NCBI GenBank assembly: GCA_022763145.1
Contig: JALEGM010000151.1
Location: 1-51,811 of the forward strand
Direction: 5' to 3'
Source: Aquisalinus sp.
GTDB lineage: Bacteria; Pseudomonadota; Alphaproteobacteria; Caulobacterales; Parvularculaceae
DNA: 51,811 nt
Shown one piece after another: positions 49,425 to 51,811 of the stretch (position 1 is its first letter; every line of letters starts with the position of its first letter). A model generated the notes under the pieces. The model worked only from the letters and a program-made list of their open reading frames with translations, was not told where the DNA came from and made no database searches. The translations under genes and the position numbers were made by a program.

Positions 49425-50246
49425 TTAAGCCGCTCGTTCGCGCTGAATAACCTCACTAGCCAGCCTGAGATATGCTTGACTGCCTGTACACTTCAGATCG
49501 TAAAGCAAGGCTGGTTTGCCGTGTGAGGGTGCTTCCGAAATACGAACATTTCGTGGAATTGCGGTCTGATATACTTTTGCACCCATGTGCGCGCGCACGT
49601 CTTCTTCGACCTGTTGAGAAAGATTATTGCGCCGGTCGTACATCGTCAGCACGATACCCTGCAACTCAAGATCCGGATTAATCCTCTCACGTACTTTTTC
49701 GATTGTTCGCAGAATTTGGGATAGCCCTTCAAGCGCAAAGAATTCACACTGCAACGGAACGATAACGGCATCAGAAGCGGCCATAGCATTTATCGTCAGT
49801 AAGCTGAGAGATGGAGGACAGTCAATCATGATATAAGTTATGTCGGGATTACCGGCCACGAACGCTTCTATGGCCCTCGAGAGACAGAAATGGCGGTTTT
49901 CCTCTTCGATCAACTCAATCTCTGCACCTGCCAGATTTACCCCGGCAGGCGCCATATTAAGTCTTGGAACATTAGTTGGCTGAATCGCTTCAGCCAGTTT
50001 CGCCTCACCCATAATGACATCATAGGTTGTGACCTTGCGGCGACTTGTTTCAACACCCAGACCTGTTGATGCATTACCTTGGGGGTCAAGGTCTATAATC
50101 AGAACTTTCTCGCCCACAGCTGCGAGTGCGGTACCAAGATTGATCGCTGTAGTTGTTTTGCCAACGCCGCCCTTCTGATTAGCCACAGACAGGACTCGAA
50201 CTGGAGCGGTATGGCCAGATTTCAACGAAAGCTTTTCATCAGACAC
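49425..50246 (-). CDS. parA: Chromosome partitioning ATPase ParA
   Basis: NQKGGVGKTTT, DLDPQGNAS, DCPPSL, QCEFFALEG, IPRNVRISEAPSHG. Confidence 0.97.
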   Translation of the reverse strand: MSDEKLSLKSGHTAPVRVLSVANQKGGVGKTTTAINLGTALAAVGEKVLIIDLDPQGNASTGLGVETSRRKVTTYDVIMGEAKLAEAIQPTNVPRLNMAPAGVNLAGAEIELIEEENRHFCLSRAIEAFVAGNPDITYIMIDCPPSLSLLTINAMAASDAVIVPLQCEFFALEGLSQILRTIEKVRERINPDLELQGIVLTMYDRRNNLSQQVEEDVRAHMGAKVYQTAIPRNVRISEAPSHGKPALLYDLKCTGSQAYLRLASEVIQRERAA

Positions 50247-50886
50247 GTTTTAGATTCCTGATCTCCAGTATCGCTGCAGCCTCATTCGTCAGGCTATCAT
50301 GGCTGGTAATATCAAAAGACCATTTGATCTTAGCTGTGGTAATTTCTTCTTGCGCCCTTTCGCCTTTCTGGAAAAGACAAATCGAGCTTTTGTGCATAAA
50401 TCGGTGGCCATACTCATAAAGACTGTCCAGATCTGCCAAAGCCCTTGCTGTAATTATATCTGCCCTGGCAGGCTTACTGATCGTCTCTATTCGTTGGTTC
50501 AGAACTGTAACATTATGGAGTTTTAACGCTGATATAGCGTCTCGCAAGAAAGCACATTTTTTTTTGATACTTTCCACAAGAAAGAAATCATGAGACTGCC
50601 GGGCCTGGTCATCGGCACTCAGGATAGCGAGGAACAACCCGGGGAAACCTGCCCCGCTACCGAAATCCATAATCACTTTTGCATCTACAGACATCAAAGG
50701 TAAAAGCTGCGCTGAATCCAGATAGTGCCGCTGCCATCTATCAGATATAGTTGATTTTGCTACAAGATTGAGACGCGCGGTCCACTCAAGAAAAATCTGG
50801 TCGAACAGCAAAATACGGCGACGTGTTTCTGCTGAAGTCTCATACGTGTCGAAGAAATTATCAGGCCCCAATATGTTCTTAGGCAT
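50239..50886 (-). CDS. rsmG: 16S rRNA m7G527 methyltransferase (GidB)
   Basis: [27 protein letters not shown]; start MPKN overlaps the mnmG stop. Confidence 0.95.
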   Translation of the reverse strand: MPKNILGPDNFFDTYETSAETRRRILLFDQIFLEWTARLNLVAKSTISDRWQRHYLDSAQLLPLMSVDAKVIMDFGSGAGFPGLFLAILSADDQARQSHDFFLVESIKKKCAFLRDAISALKLHNVTVLNQRIETISKPARADIITARALADLDSLYEYGHRFMHKSSICLFQKGERAQEEITTAKIKWSFDITSHDSLTNEAAAILEIRNLKRV

Positions 50887-51811
50887 TAGCAGAGCTTGCA
50901 ACCGAAGCCGATCGCCCTTTCTTGATGTTCGCCAGCACCAATGCCAAAGCGGCCGGTGTTACTCCCTCTATCCGGCCGGCTTGGCCAATAGTCGCAGGCC
51001 GTGCATCCTGCAACTTTTGCCGGACTTCGTTCGATAGACCAGGGATTCCGTCGTAGGAAAATTCGACGGGTATTTTTAAACTCTCATCTTTGCGGAAAGC
51101 AGCGATATCAGATTTCTGCCTATCCATATATCCTGCATAGATCGCGTCTATTTCGAGCTGCTCGATAACTGACTCCATCCAGTTATTAAGCTGCGGCCAG
51201 ATAGGTTTTAACGTATTTGCCGTTACACCCGGATAAGCCAAATACTCCAGGACGCTACGTTTTCGTCCATCCTGATTGACTTTAATTTCGTGTTTTTGCG
51301 CTTCATTCGGCGTCATCAATGTTGAGTTCGCCCAAGCTCTGGCTTCTTGCAACTGCGCATGTTTCACGTGAAACACGCCCGATCTGCCTTTATCGATACA
51401 GCCCAACTCCAGGCCCAACGGGGTAAGGCGTTGGTCTGCATTATCAGCTCGTAACGATAAACGATACTCTGCACGTGAGGTAAACATTCTATAAGGCTCT
51501 GTCACACCACGCGTAATGAGATCATCAATCATCACACCAATGTAAGCTTGCGAGCGATCAAGCACAAATGGTTCACTACCTGAAATATCAAGGGCTGCAT
51601 TTAATCCAGCCATCAAACCCTGTGCACCCGCTTCTTCATATCCCGTGGTGCCGTTGATCTGACCAGCCAAAAACAACCCGGGAAGGTTTTTAACCTGCAA
51701 TGCCTGAGTCAACTCGCGTGGATCGACGTAATCGTACTCGATCGCATAACAAAAGCGTACGACCTCTGATTTTTCCAATACCGGTATGGTTTTCAAGAAG
51801 GTAGCTTGTAC
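50879..51811 (-). CDS. mnmG: tRNA uridine modification enzyme MnmG (GidA), C-terminal part (runs off right edge)
   Basis: [46 protein letters not shown]. Confidence 0.97.
   Translation of the reverse strand, partial: VQATFLKTIPVLEKSEVVRFCYAIEYDYVDPRELTQALQVKNLPGLFLAGQINGTTGYEEAGAQGLMAGLNAALDISGSEPFVLDRSQAYIGVMIDDLITRGVTEPYRMFTSRAEYRLSLRADNADQRLTPLGLELGCIDKGRSGVFHVKHAQLQEARAWANSTLMTPNEAQKHEIKVNQDGRKRSVLEYLAYPGVTANTLKPIWPQLNNWMESVIEQLEIDAIYAGYMDRQKSDIAAFRKDESLKIPVEFSYDGIPGLSNEVRQKLQDARPATIGQAGRIEGVTPAALALVLANIKKGRSASVASSANA
51360..51375. promoter_or_regulatory. parS: parS centromere site
   Basis: Perfect palindrome TGTTTCACGTGAAACA, ~1.1 kb upstream of parA, inside mnmG. Confidence 0.93.

Noticed and set aside
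1-51811. CRISPR arrays, tRNA/rRNA genes, transposases, integrases, prophage or defence genes, oriC DnaA-box cluster
   Set aside because: None recognised by eye; nearly all DNA is accounted for by housekeeping CDSs. tRNAscan and cmscan were not run

Overview
Chromosomal window (~50% GC by eye) from an alphaproteobacterium. Gene content (NfuA/RutE/TsaB order, Mic60-HemY, CenR, HfsC-like polymerase) suggests a Caulobacterales/Parvularculales-like lineage; this is inference. It is mostly conserved housekeeping DNA near the replication origin. Blocks: (1) nfuA-tsaB-rimI-fur-miaB-phoH-ybeY-corC-lnt-HTH-metK-trmB-rimP-nusA-ylxR-infB, with bfd-bfr inserted; (2) maeB; (3) hemC-hemD-mic60-hemY divergent from tsaD; (4) cenR-arsC-MAPEG-DUF6249-arsR; (5) yggS, a porin, and DUF3576-leuS-lptE-holA; (6) a MATE pump; (7) mnmG-rsmG-parA-parB, with a perfect parS site inside mnmG. 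I saw no rRNA, tRNA, CRISPR array, transposase or phage genes. The most novel-looking element is the ~300-nt leader upstream of the MATE gene: a candidate promoter, a 35-codon uORF, an intrinsic terminator, and an 11/12-nt complement to that terminator, together forming a candidate attenuator. Other items of interest are a SahR-type box at metK, tandem Fur-type boxes at bfd-bfr, a GNRA rimP-leader terminator, a probable non-canonical start for ylxR, head-to-head overlapping start codons at yggS, and a small orphan RHH-regulator module after maeB. All family assignments come from motif recognition and gene order, not from database searches.
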